IMG/VR virus record: IMGVR_UViG_3300023174_000053
Location: 107,028-171,027 of that record
Direction: 5' to 3' (one strand)
DNA: 64,000 nt
Source: a virus
The translations under genes were made by a program, and so were the position numbers. Every line of letters starts with the position of its first letter. The first letter of the stretch is position 1. Positions 30,393 through 41,442 of the stretch are shown here, one piece after another. Below the pieces are notes generated by a model. That model searched no databases. It saw only the letters and a program-made list of their open reading frames with translations, and was not told the DNA's origin.

Positions 30393-33300
30393 TTATGTGT
30401 TTGAATCAAATGTAATTCCACCAACAGTCATATCAAATGAAACCCAGATAGTATCATCAAATCTTTTGTTTATACTATAAGCAAAAGCATTGTCTACATA
30501 TGTGGTTGCTGTTCCTGCTGGACCAGAATCTGAAATTACAGAAGAATACAATATTTTTTGTCCTGTTTGGAAATTGTGATTTGTAAGATTAATGACATCA
30601 TTATTAATATCAACAATACTACTAGCAGAACTAACAAATGTACGATGAAATAATGGTGTTTGTTTGCTAGTTAATTTAAAAGATTTACTTCCAATCACAG
30701 TATTCCCAGGAAGTCTTCTTCTAATTTTTACCTCAGAAGTTTGAATGCCGATATTTAATCTGTGTGGAAGATTTAATCTTATACTTCCAATACCAATTGC
30801 ATCAATAACAGTACTGTCTGGGATAAGTAAAGTAGAAAATCCCACATAATCACCAACCCTCAAATTATCAGTATTAAGATTTATATAATATGGATAGAAA
30901 CTATTAAATGTAGCAGTTTTTATTCCAATTGAAATATATTCATTCGAACCATCAAACTGACTACTTATATCGTCCATTATCAAAACCTTATTTGTTTTAC
31001 TTAAAGTATAAGGTTTGAGTGCTAACCCAAAAATAGGTCCAGTTATACCAATACCAGCAACATTTGCTTCTTCTGCTCCAATATTTACTCTTTCAATTGA
31101 ACCATCTTCAAATAAACTGTCAGATTCTTCGGTAACTAATGATAAATTGTTTCTACTATAAAATGATGATATATCATCAAGATTTATAAGTAAATCTAAA
31201 GTAGAATTTGCAATTCCAACTTTTAAATCATTTTTTATTACACTTCCAATTCCAACATAAGTTAAAAACTTAGGAGAAACACTTATAATATCCAAATCAG
31301 AAAATTCTTTAAATCCTGCTGGATGAATTACAGAACGAACTGATTCTTTCCAGACATCATAAGATACTTCACTCTTAATTGAATATGAAAACTTTTGATA
31401 ATAAGAATTGTCTGAAATCCTTTGTTGATAATTATTTAAAAATCCAACTTCATTTCCAGCATCATTAACTTTATCTCTTGTTGCTCCAAGTGTTGATTTT
31501 AAGTTGAACTTATTAACAAATTCGACAGTACCATTCAATAATGATTTTTCACCTTTTAGTTTATTTCCAATTTCCAATTCACCTTTTGCATCAATCAATC
31601 GCAATTGATTGATATCATTATCCCAACCATTTTCCATAACAGTTGCGGAAAATACTATATTTCCATTTGATGTTGTAATTCCAATAACTTTTTCCCCAGA
31701 AATATAACTTAAATCATCAATAAGAATCATCTCAAACTCAGGCATATCCTTTTTATTGATTACAACTCCATAACCATTACTATTGGTATAATTGCCTTCA
31801 CGATTTGGTTGATTCAAACTTAATGTATCTTTCACTCCAGTCATGCTGAATGTTACTGTGAAGTTTTCTGAACTTATTCCAGTTACAGTAAAGAACTTAT
31901 ATCCATAATCTTTTGAGTTGAAATTGTCTATTTTTTTCTTATTATTATCTTCTGTTTTTATTTGCCTACATTTTTCTATAAAGATTTCATCTCCAATAGC
32001 AAATGGGAATATAGTTTCTGTTTTTCCATATCCAGTTGTGATTAGTGGATATAATTGAGTATCATTTAATAATTCCAATCTTATCTCAGAACCATCATCT
32101 TCTGCTACAATATCGTCAATCTCGTATCCATTAGAATTGTTTATAGGTACAATTCTTAATGGTGTGATTAAATCATTAGTGTTTTCAACAACTTTTACCC
32201 CAACAATACTTCCACTTTGTAATTCGGCAGATAACTTTATCTTATCATTTCCAATAACTTTGAGTGATGGGGCAGTATTGTATCCCTTTCCTCCAGTTGT
32301 TATACCAATATAATCAATTCTTGCAATATCTTTAATTTGAACTATTGCTGGAGAACTTAAAAATGGAGTTAATGTAGTATCAGTTGGGTAGTTAAAACCA
32401 TCTTTAACTCTTTCTAACTGACTAACTTTTCCTATTGTTGATGATGATGACCTAAGAATAGAATTTTTACCAGAAATAGTTTCAATTGAAGAAATTTTTG
32501 GTAATTTTGTATATCTTTTTCCGCCAAAATTAACTTTTATTTTTGATATTGGTCCAGAAGTATTGGTAGAATTTGTATCATAAAAAACACTTGATGATGT
32601 GTGTGAGGTATTCTCTGGTTTTGTATTTAAATTAAACTTGAATGTTGTACTTCCAATTCCTATAATTGGATATTCATTATTAAATGTGCTAGGAATAATT
32701 TTAATTCTGTTATTTGCTACAACTTCTTTATCGGAAGAAATTTGGAATAATTCAGAAGAAGAATTTGTTGATGGTATTAAATTATAATATAGTTCATTTT
32801 GATTAATGATCAATTCTTTTGGAATATTAGTTGTTCTAGTGTTTAATTTTCTATTATTATTGTCAATATATTTGAAACTTTCAATTTCTTTAGAAAAATT
32901 TGGATCTCTGTATAATCTTAAATCCATACCAGAAGCATCAGTCAAATCAAAAGTTAATATATCTCCTTCCGTAATACTGATTGGTGGATTAATGAGAGCA
33001 ATACTATGAATAGAAACACCAACATTTGTAAAACTAATACAAGTTCCAACTGCTGTATCATAAAGATAATTTGATAACTTTATCTTATCTGGATTCTGTT
33101 TTAGAACATAATAAGTATTGTTATTGGTCAATCCACCAATAACAGTATTTGTATTGGTATAATAAACAACTTTATCACCAGTTTTTAATTTATTACCAGT
33201 TATAGTAATCTCATTTGTTTGTGTATTTACACCAACCGAAGAAGCATCAAAATCAATTTTATCTGTTGTGATTTTTCTAAGTGTAGTATCGTATCTTAAT

Positions 33301-36300
33301 TTTATTGTGTTTGAAAAACTTGGGAGCACATTAAATTTTATTTTATCGTCTGTTTGTAATCCATGTGTTTGTGCTGTAGAAACAGTTACAGAATAATTTT
33401 CAAAAGTTCCAGTAATTTTGGAATATTGTGTTGTTAATGAATGTGCTAATCCAATATTTGTTATTGGTGAAAAGAAATATAATGAGTTATTTGATGTGCC
33501 AATTCCTGTGGTTGTTGTAAATCCTAAAGTTGATAAACCAACATAATCATTTCCCAAATTGACTGCATATACTGTTTGATTTTGATTTATTCTAAATGTA
33601 GAACCTGTACCAGTATTTGATACTACAATCCCGGTCCCCCCCAATCCAACATTATAGGTTAATAATTGTCCTGTGTAATATTTGTGATTTGGTATATAAA
33701 TTGAACGAGATGGAACAAATTTATCATATACTGATCTTTGGATGAAATACGTAGTAGTAAAAATTCCACCACCAAGAGTATTATTTGATGAAATTTGGAT
33801 ACTTCCAATTCCAATATTTACAATAGTTGTTCCAACAGAAACATAAGTTCCTGAAACATAATCACCATTTTTTAGTGCAATAGTATTAATTCCAATATAA
33901 CTGGTTCCAGTACTAATTGTACCAAAATCAGTTTTAACTCCAACCAATTTATAGTAATTTGTTCCACTTGTTCCTATTCCTATTGTATTGCTGGGATTGA
34001 AATAAATGGTTTTATTCTCTATGATAGCATCATCATATTGTGAAGCATTAAATGTAAATGTATTTGGAAGTAATATAACAGAAACAATGCCTGCAGTATG
34101 AATTCCAGCATAATTTTGATATCGATTTACAAATAATTTTGATTCTGAAGATGAAATATCAATAACTCTTAAAGTTTCTGTATTGATTCCAATTAAGTTA
34201 TCAACTTCAAATCCAGAAACATCATTTACAGAAATATAAGTTGTTACACCAGTAGTTGATTGGTTTGGAATATCATTTATTAAACTAACACTTTTTTGAT
34301 TTACTAATACTTTTTTAAATCCTTGAATGTAATTATAAGGACTAGAAGAAATGGAAGTAACTAAAATTTCATCATTTGTAATTAAATTGTGAGGTGTTCC
34401 TGTAATTCCTTTTACTCTTGTTCCCTTTGTAATAAAAGTAACACCAGAAAAAGTAGATACACCAATTTGAATATTGGAAACTTCTTTTCCTTCGACTCTT
34501 GAAATTGCAGCAGATATTCCAGTTCCACCAGAAGTAGAATCATCAAAAATAATATTATCACCTGGTTTATAATCTTGGCCTGGATCATAAATTGATACGG
34601 AATTTATACTAGAGGACTGTATTTGTTTTACTATAAATTCTTGTTTATATTTTGATTCTATTTTATTAATTAAATCATAAGATGCATATGAAGAATTTAA
34701 ATAATATGGACCAGTATTTCTTACTATATCTAAATTATTAAAATTCAATTCCTGATTGAATGATGGTTCGAAATTTTCTTCTATCGGCAAATCTTTAAAT
34801 TCTGAACCGATCAGATATGGGTATTGTGGTTTTTTTACTCCATTGGAATCATCAAGAGTAAGAAAATATCCATAATTGATATTTGGAAAATCACTATTGG
34901 TTATAAACATTCCATTATATTCATCCAAATGACCTCCAGATGTTGCTTTATCATAAACAAAATCTTGAATAAAAAATCCAGATGAATAATTAGGTCTTAT
35001 ATTCGAATTAATCAATCCATCTATTTCTGGTTTACTAGTTTGCTTATAACTTGATTTTATTTGTGCAATTGTTCCATTTATTTTGCCATAAGGGCCAAAA
35101 ATAGGATTTCCATCATATGCCCATCCTAAAATACGATATGGATTTATTGCTCCTTCTGGTGGTTGTTCTGTTCCATCTTCTTTATTGATGAAATTCTTTA
35201 AATTTTTTCTTAATTTTTTAGAAGGGTAATAATTTATAAATTCCAATCCAAATTCATCAACATCACTTGGTATAATAATACCTTCATCTTCAGAATTGAT
35301 AATTGACTTATTTTTTTCAATTTGATTTATTTGCCATTCAAAAACGTTACCTTCAAATCTAGCACCAGAACCCCTTTTCTTTATAATTAGTTCTGTATTT
35401 GTTTCATCGTAGTTTATTCCAGAATTAATAACTGAGACTTGAGTTATTTTTCCATTTACTATAGTCGGAAATAGTTCAGCGTATTTTCCGTTTTTACTAG
35501 TAATAATAATATCAATATCATTTGCATATCCTTTTCCTGCATTTAATATTTGAACATCAACAATTAAACCATCCGAAATAACTGGTTTTAATATTGCTTC
35601 TGATATTTGTTTGCTTACAGAAACAAGTGGTTTTCTGTGAAAGTTAATAATATCTGGTGTTCCATATTTACTTCCACTATTTTCTATAAAAATATTATCA
35701 AAAGAACCAAGAACAATCGGATCTAATGATGGTTCTATAATTGTAGTAGTAATTCCACTAATTGCCTCAACATTAATTTGAATTGGTGGATATGAAAATT
35801 TGTGTGTTCCGACACCAATAGAAGCAAAACTTATATATTTTTTATTAATATAATTTTCTCTAGAAATATTTGTAGAAAGTCCAGCAATTGATAGTTTAAA
35901 TTTATTTTCATCAACTACTGTTACATGGTAATTGGTTTGAGTTGATAAACCAGATATTACAGCATCTGATGTTGTATATAATATTAAATCTTCATTTTTA
36001 AAGTTATGATTTTTTGCAAAAATATAATCATCAAATGTATTAATTCCAACTGTTTGATTATCTGCTGATAATAATGATGGAACTGCTACAAATCTATTTG
36101 AATATCCAGAACCACCATTCTTTACATATATTTTTGTTATTGTATTTTTTGAATTTAATGTTTTTAAACTATGAATTCCAGAATATCCAATACCACTAAT
36201 TGAAATAGTATTAATTCCAGATATAGCATCTATTTTTGTATTATATAATTTAATTTGTGTTGTGCTTGTTACTCCAACAAAATATGAAGAACTGTCAATA

Positions 36301-38822
36301 AGAGGAGATATGGAAGTATTTGAGTTTTTGTTATAAAAAACCTCTTCAAAATTATCAAAATTGTGATTTTGTGAAAAAATGATACTATTGCTGTATATAC
36401 TAGTTGCTTTAAAATTTGAAGTAATTCTTGTTTTTACTAAATTTGATTCTAATACAGCACCAGAACCATTACCACCAGTTAAAGTGATTTTTGGTTTTGA
36501 TTGATAACCAATTCCTGGTGATAATAATTTTACTTCATTTAAACTTCCTGTTATACAACCATTTACTATGGCACCAGATCCAGAGTTATCTTCAACGGTT
36601 ATTCCAGAAAAATTAATTACATCATATCCTTGTCCTGACGCATTAACATTTACAGAGTCTAGTTTTCCGTAATAAATATTATCTTGGAAAGTAGTGGTTG
36701 AAAATATTTCAACTCCATCTGCCAAAATACCTATTTTTTTATTGATTGTTTTTCTTTTTTCTGGGTCATCAAAAAATTGTTCTTTTTTAGTTAAATTGAA
36801 TTTTTTAAATAATTTCTGATGTTCTAACGTTTTATTTTGATAATTTAATTTTACAAAAGAATCTTCGATTCCTACATTTGAAAATTTAATATAATTTTTG
36901 GTATATAAATCAGTATTACTATAAGAAAGTTTAATATTATCTTTATCAAAATTTGTCAAAAAGTAAGTAGAACTTTTAATCCCAGAATTGGATGAAGAAG
37001 AATAATAAATTTTTTCCCCAGTATAAAAATTATGATTAGGGCAATTTAATACACTTGTAATCCCTACATCAGTAATCCAATTTGAATTTGTGGTTTTAGT
37101 GACGTTTGTTCTTCTGTCTGTTGAATAAATTGTATCATTCGGCAATCCAGAAGAAGTAACATAAAAATTATCAAAATCATAATCAACATAAGTATTCTGT
37201 ACTCCTGTTGGTAGAATGGAAATTGATGAAAAATAGTTATTATTGCTATTTGCTTTTCTGGTTATTTTTTTAATTTCAGTTTTTGATGTTGTATTTAATG
37301 TTTCATTAATATCAACATAATATCCATTAGTATCATCAAAACCATAATCTTTTACTGTTGCGGATAAAACATTATCATTTTCATCATCTGGATTCAATAA
37401 ATTAAATTTATCCCCAATAATAAAAGTCAATCTATCATAAAAATATATTCTATTACCAGAAGTGGATTTTATTTTATGAGTTGTTGGTATATTATAGTTC
37501 CAAAAATTAAATTCCTTTCTATCATTCAGATCAGTTCCAAATTCAGAAAGTTGTATTTTATCTCCAACTCTTAGACTAGATGTTTGAGAATAATCAATAG
37601 TATCAATAATATTAATTAATCTAAATTCAACTTTAGTTCCATCATCTAGATACGAATATAAAAAGTTTTCCTCTACCAATTCTTCACCAAAATTTAAATC
37701 CGCAATAACACCAGAAACTCCAAGAAATTCAGTTGAAGTTTTGTCTGTATAAGTTAAAGTTATTGGATTTGCTAATTTTGATGTTTTTATAAACAAAGAA
37801 CCACTTTTCTTAAATCCAACTGTGGAATCTACTATAATAGAAGTAGAATTTTCAGTAACAGTTTCGGAAATATTTGTTTTTTTTGTAGGTTCAAAATTAA
37901 ATATAAAAGAAGTAAAATCTAAAGAAATTTCATACAAATCTCTATCATCTACTGGTCTATATTCTACATTATAAATTGAAGCACTAGCAGTTTTTCCATT
38001 TCCTAAAATTTCAAATATAGTTTTTCCTTTTAATTGTTTTCTTAAATCAGAGTCATTAACTCTGAGTGTTTCATCTCTAACTATCTGTTCTACTAGAATA
38101 TTTTTAGTCACCAAATAATTATTATCTGATGGTCTTAAAATATAATCCTGTGGTTTAATGACTTGAATATCTTTACCAAAAAGAATGCTGAATAGAATTT
38201 TATAAGATGTATCAGTTCCTTTTGTAATATAAAAATCTTTTGCTCTAGATAAAATATTTTTTAAATTCAATCCTTTTACAAATTGCCTATCTTCAAATCC
38301 AGGTAAAAATTGAGTTTTAAACTTTTTAAATATTTCATTAAAGAATAATAAATTTAAATTCGTTACTGTTTTTGCTTTAATGTGAGGTGCTGAATTTGTT
38401 TTTGAAAATACAAAAGATTCATTATTTGAATGTTGGTCTATCCCACTAAATCCACGAACACATCCAGTAAAACTATTTGTAGTAATACCAGTATATGTGA
38501 TAATTTCATCATCAATTTTTAATAGACCGTATTTTTGCGGAAATCCAATTGTATGGTTAACTGCAATCACATCATCAAAAGATGTTACATCTTCTGCTAA
38601 GGTACAAATTCCAACTTTGCTGTAAAATGTTTCGTTATTGAAATTATCAATACTCTTATATTGTTGCAAATTGACTGCTAAATCTACAACACCAGTTTGA
38701 TGCTCTTGAGAAATATAATACTGCTCTAAAAATTCTCTAAAAAGTGGTGAATCGTCATTTAAAAATTCTGGAATTTGTGATTCAACAATAGATTGAATTT
38801 TTACTCTTTTAATTTCCGACAT
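30393..38822 (-). CDS. gp7: baseplate wedge initiator, gp7-like (N-terminal part)
   Basis: Follows gp6; VKIQSIVESQIPEFL..FLEQYY, FY..KGT..SYKILF..LFG, ILGWAYDGNPIFGPYG, DNSYYQKFSYSIKS, HPAGFKEFSD. Confidence 0.8.
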   Translation of the reverse strand: MSEIKRVKIQSIVESQIPEFLNDDSPLFREFLEQYYISQEHQTGVVDLAVNLQQYKSIDNFNNETFYSKVGICTLAEDVTSFDDVIAVNHTIGFPQKYGLLKIDDEIITYTGITTNSFTGCVRGFSGIDQHSNNESFVFSKTNSAPHIKAKTVTNLNLLFFNEIFKKFKTQFLPGFEDRQFVKGLNLKNILSRAKDFYITKGTDTSYKILFSILFGKDIQVIKPQDYILRPSDNNYLVTKNILVEQIVRDETLRVNDSDLRKQLKGKTIFEILGNGKTASASIYNVEYRPVDDRDLYEISLDFTSFIFNFEPTKKTNISETVTENSTSIIVDSTVGFKKSGSLFIKTSKLANPITLTYTDKTSTEFLGVSGVIADLNFGEELVEENFLYSYLDDGTKVEFRLINIIDTIDYSQTSSLRVGDKIQLSEFGTDLNDRKEFNFWNYNIPTTHKIKSTSGNRIYFYDRLTFIIGDKFNLLNPDDENDNVLSATVKDYGFDDTNGYYVDINETLNTTSKTEIKKITRKANSNNNYFSSISILPTGVQNTYVDYDFDNFYVTSSGLPNDTIYSTDRRTNVTKTTNSNWITDVGITSVLNCPNHNFYTGEKIYYSSSSNSGIKSSTYFLTNFDKDNIKLSYSNTDLYTKNYIKFSNVGIEDSFVKLNYQNKTLEHQKLFKKFNLTKKEQFFDDPEKRKTINKKIGILADGVEIFSTTTFQDNIYYGKLDSVNVNASGQGYDVINFSGITVEDNSGSGAIVNGCITGSLNEVKLLSPGIGYQSKPKITLTGGNGSGAVLESNLVKTRITSNFKATSIYSNSIIFSQNHNFDNFEEVFYNKNSNTSISPLIDSSSYFVGVTSTTQIKLYNTKIDAISGINTISISGIGYSGIHSLKTLNSKNTITKIYVKNGGSGYSNRFVAVPSLLSADNQTVGINTFDDYIFAKNHNFKNEDLILYTTSDAVISGLSTQTNYHVTVVDENKFKLSIAGLSTNISRENYINKKYISFASIGVGTHKFSYPPIQINVEAISGITTTIIEPSLDPIVLGSFDNIFIENSGSKYGTPDIINFHRKPLVSVSKQISEAILKPVISDGLIVDVQILNAGKGYANDIDIIITSKNGKYAELFPTIVNGKITQVSVINSGINYDETNTELIIKKRGSGARFEGNVFEWQINQIEKNKSIINSEDEGIIIPSDVDEFGLEFINYYPSKKLRKNLKNFINKEDGTEQPPEGAINPYRILGWAYDGNPIFGPYGKINGTIAQIKSSYKQTSKPEIDGLINSNIRPNYSSGFFIQDFVYDKATSGGHLDEYNGMFITNSDFPNINYGYFLTLDDSNGVKKPQYPYLIGSEFKDLPIEENFEPSFNQELNFNNLDIVRNTGPYYLNSSYASYDLINKIESKYKQEFIVKQIQSSSINSVSIYDPGQDYKPGDNIIFDDSTSGGTGISAAISRVEGKEVSNIQIGVSTFSGVTFITKGTRVKGITGTPHNLITNDEILVTSISSSPYNYIQGFKKVLVNQKSVSLINDIPNQSTTGVTTYISVNDVSGFEVDNLIGINTETLRVIDISSSESKLFVNRYQNYAGIHTAGIVSVILLPNTFTFNASQYDDAIIENKTIYFNPSNTIGIGTSGTNYYKLVGVKTDFGTISTGTSYIGINTIALKNGDYVSGTYVSVGTTIVNIGIGSIQISSNNTLGGGIFTTTYFIQRSVYDKFVPSRSIYIPNHKYYTGQLLTYNVGLGGTGIVVSNTGTGSTFRINQNQTVYAVNLGNDYVGLSTLGFTTTTGIGTSNNSLYFFSPITNIGLAHSLTTQYSKITGTFENYSVTVSTAQTHGLQTDDKIKFNVLPSFSNTIKLRYDTTLRKITTDKIDFDASSVGVNTQTNEITITGNKLKTGDKVVYYTNTNTVIGGLTNNNTYYVLKQNPDKIKLSNYLYDTAVGTCISFTNVGVSIHSIALINPPISITEGDILTFDLTDASGMDLRLYRDPNFSKEIESFKYIDNNNRKLNTRTTNIPKELIINQNELYYNLIPSTNSSSELFQISSDKEVVANNRIKIIPSTFNNEYPIIGIGSTTFKFNLNTKPENTSHTSSSVFYDTNSTNTSGPISKIKVNFGGKRYTKLPKISSIETISGKNSILRSSSSTIGKVSQLERVKDGFNYPTDTTLTPFLSSPAIVQIKDIARIDYIGITTGGKGYNTAPSLKVIGNDKIKLSAELQSGSIVGVKVVENTNDLITPLRIVPINNSNGYEIDDIVAEDDGSEIRLELLNDTQLYPLITTGYGKTETIFPFAIGDEIFIEKCRQIKTEDNNKKKIDNFNSKDYGYKFFTVTGISSENFTVTFSMTGVKDTLSLNQPNREGNYTNSNGYGVVINKKDMPEFEMILIDDLSYISGEKVIGITTSNGNIVFSATVMENGWDNDINQLRLIDAKGELEIGNKLKGEKSLLNGTVEFVNKFNLKSTLGATRDKVNDAGNEVGFLNNYQQRISDNSYYQKFSYSIKSEVSYDVWKESVRSVIHPAGFKEFSDLDIISVSPKFLTYVGIGSVIKNDLKVGIANSTLDLLINLDDISSFYSRNNLSLVTEESDSLFEDGSIERVNIGAEEANVAGIGITGPIFGLALKPYTLSKTNKVLIMDDISSQFDGSNEYISIGIKTATFNSFYPYYINLNTDNLRVGDYVGFSTLLIPDSTVIDAIGIGSIRLNLPHRLNIGIQTSEVKIRRRLPGNTVIGSKSFKLTSKQTPLFHRTFVSSASSIVDINNDVINLTNHNFQTGQKILYSSVISDSGPAGTATTYVDNAFAYSINKRFDDTIWVSFDMTVGGITFDSNT

Positions 38823-38823
38823 C

Positions 38824-40704
38824 TTATCTTGTATAATTTCCGTTTACGTAACTTGATGTGACCGCATATTGTGTTGCTGAAGTATTTTCACCAGATGTAA
38901 TTACATCCTCCAGAACACTTACATTAAGTTTAGTTGTATCTAGTTCCAAGTATATATCCTTTAACGCAAGGACATCATTTGACTCTGGTATCGCTTGAAT
39001 TTCAATCCCAGCAGTACTAGTAGATGATGTGAATATTATTGTAGTTAATTTAATTTCACCTCTCATATAATTTACGGTTCCAGCATTATTGTTTACAACT
39101 ACAGGGGAACCATCAACTAATTTAAAGAAAAATATAATTCCAGTTTCATTAGTTTTTGGAACATCACTCATATACAAAGTTCCACTAGTATCTTTTACTG
39201 TAAACCCAGTTGATTTGATATTATATCCTCTGCCATCAGAATTTAATTTCTTAATATGAAATTGATTTCCAAAACATATTTCATACGTTGCTAATTTATT
39301 ATATTCTGGTTGTAAATCTCTTCTAATTTTAATTTTAGTAATATTGGAAGTAATGGATGTACTTGTATTGTCAATCAACGAAGAAACTTTACTATATTTA
39401 AATCTACCACCAAAACTATTCAACTCGGTTGATTTGCTATATGATTCTAAATTTTTTATAACTCTTAGTTGTAGATTGTTTGAATCTATTGTAGTACTTT
39501 TATCATAATAAACTGTTGTATCTATTTCAACATACATATACTTCAAATCAATAATTTCTGGTTTAATCCCAGCAATTGAATATTGTTTTAAATCTTTTTT
39601 AATACTATCTTTTGTAATTTGAGAAAGGAACTTACCTTTTCTTGGTTTGATTGAAATATAAACTTTACCATACTCTGGAGGATCTAACTCATCCCCACCA
39701 TATGCCGTCACAGTATCCACATTTGGAAACAGATATGGGATTAGTCCTTTATAATCATTTGCGGTTACTGCACGGTATTGTGAAGCATATACTCTAGGTC
39801 CAAGATACTTAACTGAATCAATTGATTCAATATCATCACCGTTTTCGGATGATTGAATGGTAGTTAATAAGGAAATATTGTTTGTGATTGATGTGCTATT
39901 ATTATCAGTTAAAATACCAGAAAAAGTAAAGTTTGCTGCTCCATTTGCTTCTTTTCCATTTGTAATAATATAACTAATAAAAATAGTACTTCCACTAATT
40001 GGTTTTCTTCCTATAATATCATCACCAAATAAAATTTCATATTTCTCATCATCTATTTCTTGTATTAGAAAAATCCTTGAATTTTTATTTACTTGAAAAA
40101 TATTTTTATATGATTGATATTTTTCTGCAATAACACCAGTAACTTTTACACGAATTGTAGACGAATCTACACCAGTATTTGGAATTGTAAATCTTTGATT
40201 TGTTTGTGATTTATCTACTGTATATGACTTTGTTAAATATGAACCTTCATAGACATCAATACTTGTGAAATTTGCAAATCCATTATTATCAACGACTACT
40301 GTGATGTCTTCTGGAATTGAAAATATATAATTACCATTCTCAACAGCACCCAAAGCAACGATTCCTGCTTTTAGAGTAACTGTTTTTGAATTTAACCCTG
40401 TAGTATTGACAGTAAAACTAACCTTTGCCTTTGACGCACTTTTGGATCTGGGGACGTATCCTATGTTACGTGCAAGAGAGACTACATTTTCTCGAAGAGT
40501 TGCACTATCAATAAAGGATTCATTTACTGCCATGTTAGTATTGAAGGCAGTAATATAAGAGTTGTATGCTAATACATCAATTAAACTTGAAAAATTAGAC
40601 CCTTCAAAATCAAAATCCGTGAAATTACTATTCGATCTCAAATAATCCTTTATCTGAGTGCGTAAATCATTAAAATCTAGATTGGTAAAATTATTGAAGG
40701 GCAT
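38824..40704 (-). CDS. gp6: baseplate wedge subunit
   Basis: LDF..L...IKDYLR...FTDFDFEGSN.S.LIDVLAYN, ESFIDSA.LRENVVSLA, Q.RAVTA.DY, PPEYGKVYISIKP. Confidence 0.95.
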   Translation of the reverse strand: MPFNNFTNLDFNDLRTQIKDYLRSNSNFTDFDFEGSNFSSLIDVLAYNSYITAFNTNMAVNESFIDSATLRENVVSLARNIGYVPRSKSASKAKVSFTVNTTGLNSKTVTLKAGIVALGAVENGNYIFSIPEDITVVVDNNGFANFTSIDVYEGSYLTKSYTVDKSQTNQRFTIPNTGVDSSTIRVKVTGVIAEKYQSYKNIFQVNKNSRIFLIQEIDDEKYEILFGDDIIGRKPISGSTIFISYIITNGKEANGAANFTFSGILTDNNSTSITNNISLLTTIQSSENGDDIESIDSVKYLGPRVYASQYRAVTANDYKGLIPYLFPNVDTVTAYGGDELDPPEYGKVYISIKPRKGKFLSQITKDSIKKDLKQYSIAGIKPEIIDLKYMYVEIDTTVYYDKSTTIDSNNLQLRVIKNLESYSKSTELNSFGGRFKYSKVSSLIDNTSTSITSNITKIKIRRDLQPEYNKLATYEICFGNQFHIKKLNSDGRGYNIKSTGFTVKDTSGTLYMSDVPKTNETGIIFFFKLVDGSPVVVNNNAGTVNYMRGEIKLTTIIFTSSTSTAGIEIQAIPESNDVLALKDIYLELDTTKLNVSVLEDVITSGENTSATQYAVTSSYVNGNYTR

Positions 40705-41102
40705 TATATTCTAGTTGGTTGTAAAAGAAACTCTATATTTTGAAGAGGAAATGGAAGTCCAACAATATCGTAAGAAATTTTTACATTCAATTCATTTGAA
40801 TCTTCAATCGATTCAACCATTACTTCTTTAACTACAATTCTTGGTTCAAAGTTACTTAATACTGTTTTAATTTCTTCATCAAGTATTGTCGAAACTTCTG
40901 GTCCATTAAGTTCAAATAAAGAATTATCAACAGAGGTTCCCAATAAATTATTGAAGAACCTCTCACCAATACGAGTTCTGATTAAGTTAATAACAGATTT
41001 TTTAATCGCATCCTCATTTTTTAATACAAGAACATCGTTCGTCACTGGATGTCTAGAAAAAGACAAACTAATGTCCTTAAAACTTCTAGAAATACTAAGC
41101 AT
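40704..41102 (-). CDS. gp25: baseplate wedge subunit
   Basis: FKDISLSF..HPVT.D, AIKKSV.NL..T..GERFF, FEPR; upstream of gp6. Confidence 0.95.
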   Translation of the reverse strand: MLSISRSFKDISLSFSRHPVTNDVLVLKNEDAIKKSVINLIRTRIGERFFNNLLGTSVDNSLFELNGPEVSTILDEEIKTVLSNFEPRIVVKEVMVESIEDSNELNVKISYDIVGLPFPLQNIEFLLQPTRI

Positions 41103-41140
41103 TTAAACAATGAGCATGATTAATATATCTATAATACTTT

Positions 41141-41380
41141 TTAGATTATTTTTCCGTATGTTGGTTCAGTTCCATAGTCCCAATCATCATAATCTTCATC
41201 ATTTCTAATTTTTTCATGCAATTCAGTTTGTTTCTTTAGATCGTGCTTTGGTGCATAATCGTGCATAATCTCCTGAATAACTCTTTTTGGTTTTTCTTTA
41301 TCAGTATCTGTAATGGGTTTTGTAGTTCCCCACATTTCTCTCATATAGTTTTTGTCTTGATTAATTTGATAAAATGCCAT
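41141..41380 (-). CDS. conserved hypothetical protein
   Basis: 79-aa ORF with AGGAG RBS; YMREMWGT and DDWDYGTEP motifs. Confidence 0.75.
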   Translation of the reverse strand: MAFYQINQDKNYMREMWGTTKPITDTDKEKPKRVIQEIMHDYAPKHDLKKQTELHEKIRNDEDYDDWDYGTEPTYGKII

Positions 41381-41442
41381 TTTAGCTCCTGTTTTTTGAT
41401 AAAAACAGAACTTTTAAGGAGGTTTCTATCTCCTTTAACTAT

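Noticed and set aside
1027-33009. Short plus-strand and nested ORFs inside structural genes
   Set aside because: Antisense or out-of-frame shadows of well-supported minus-strand genes.
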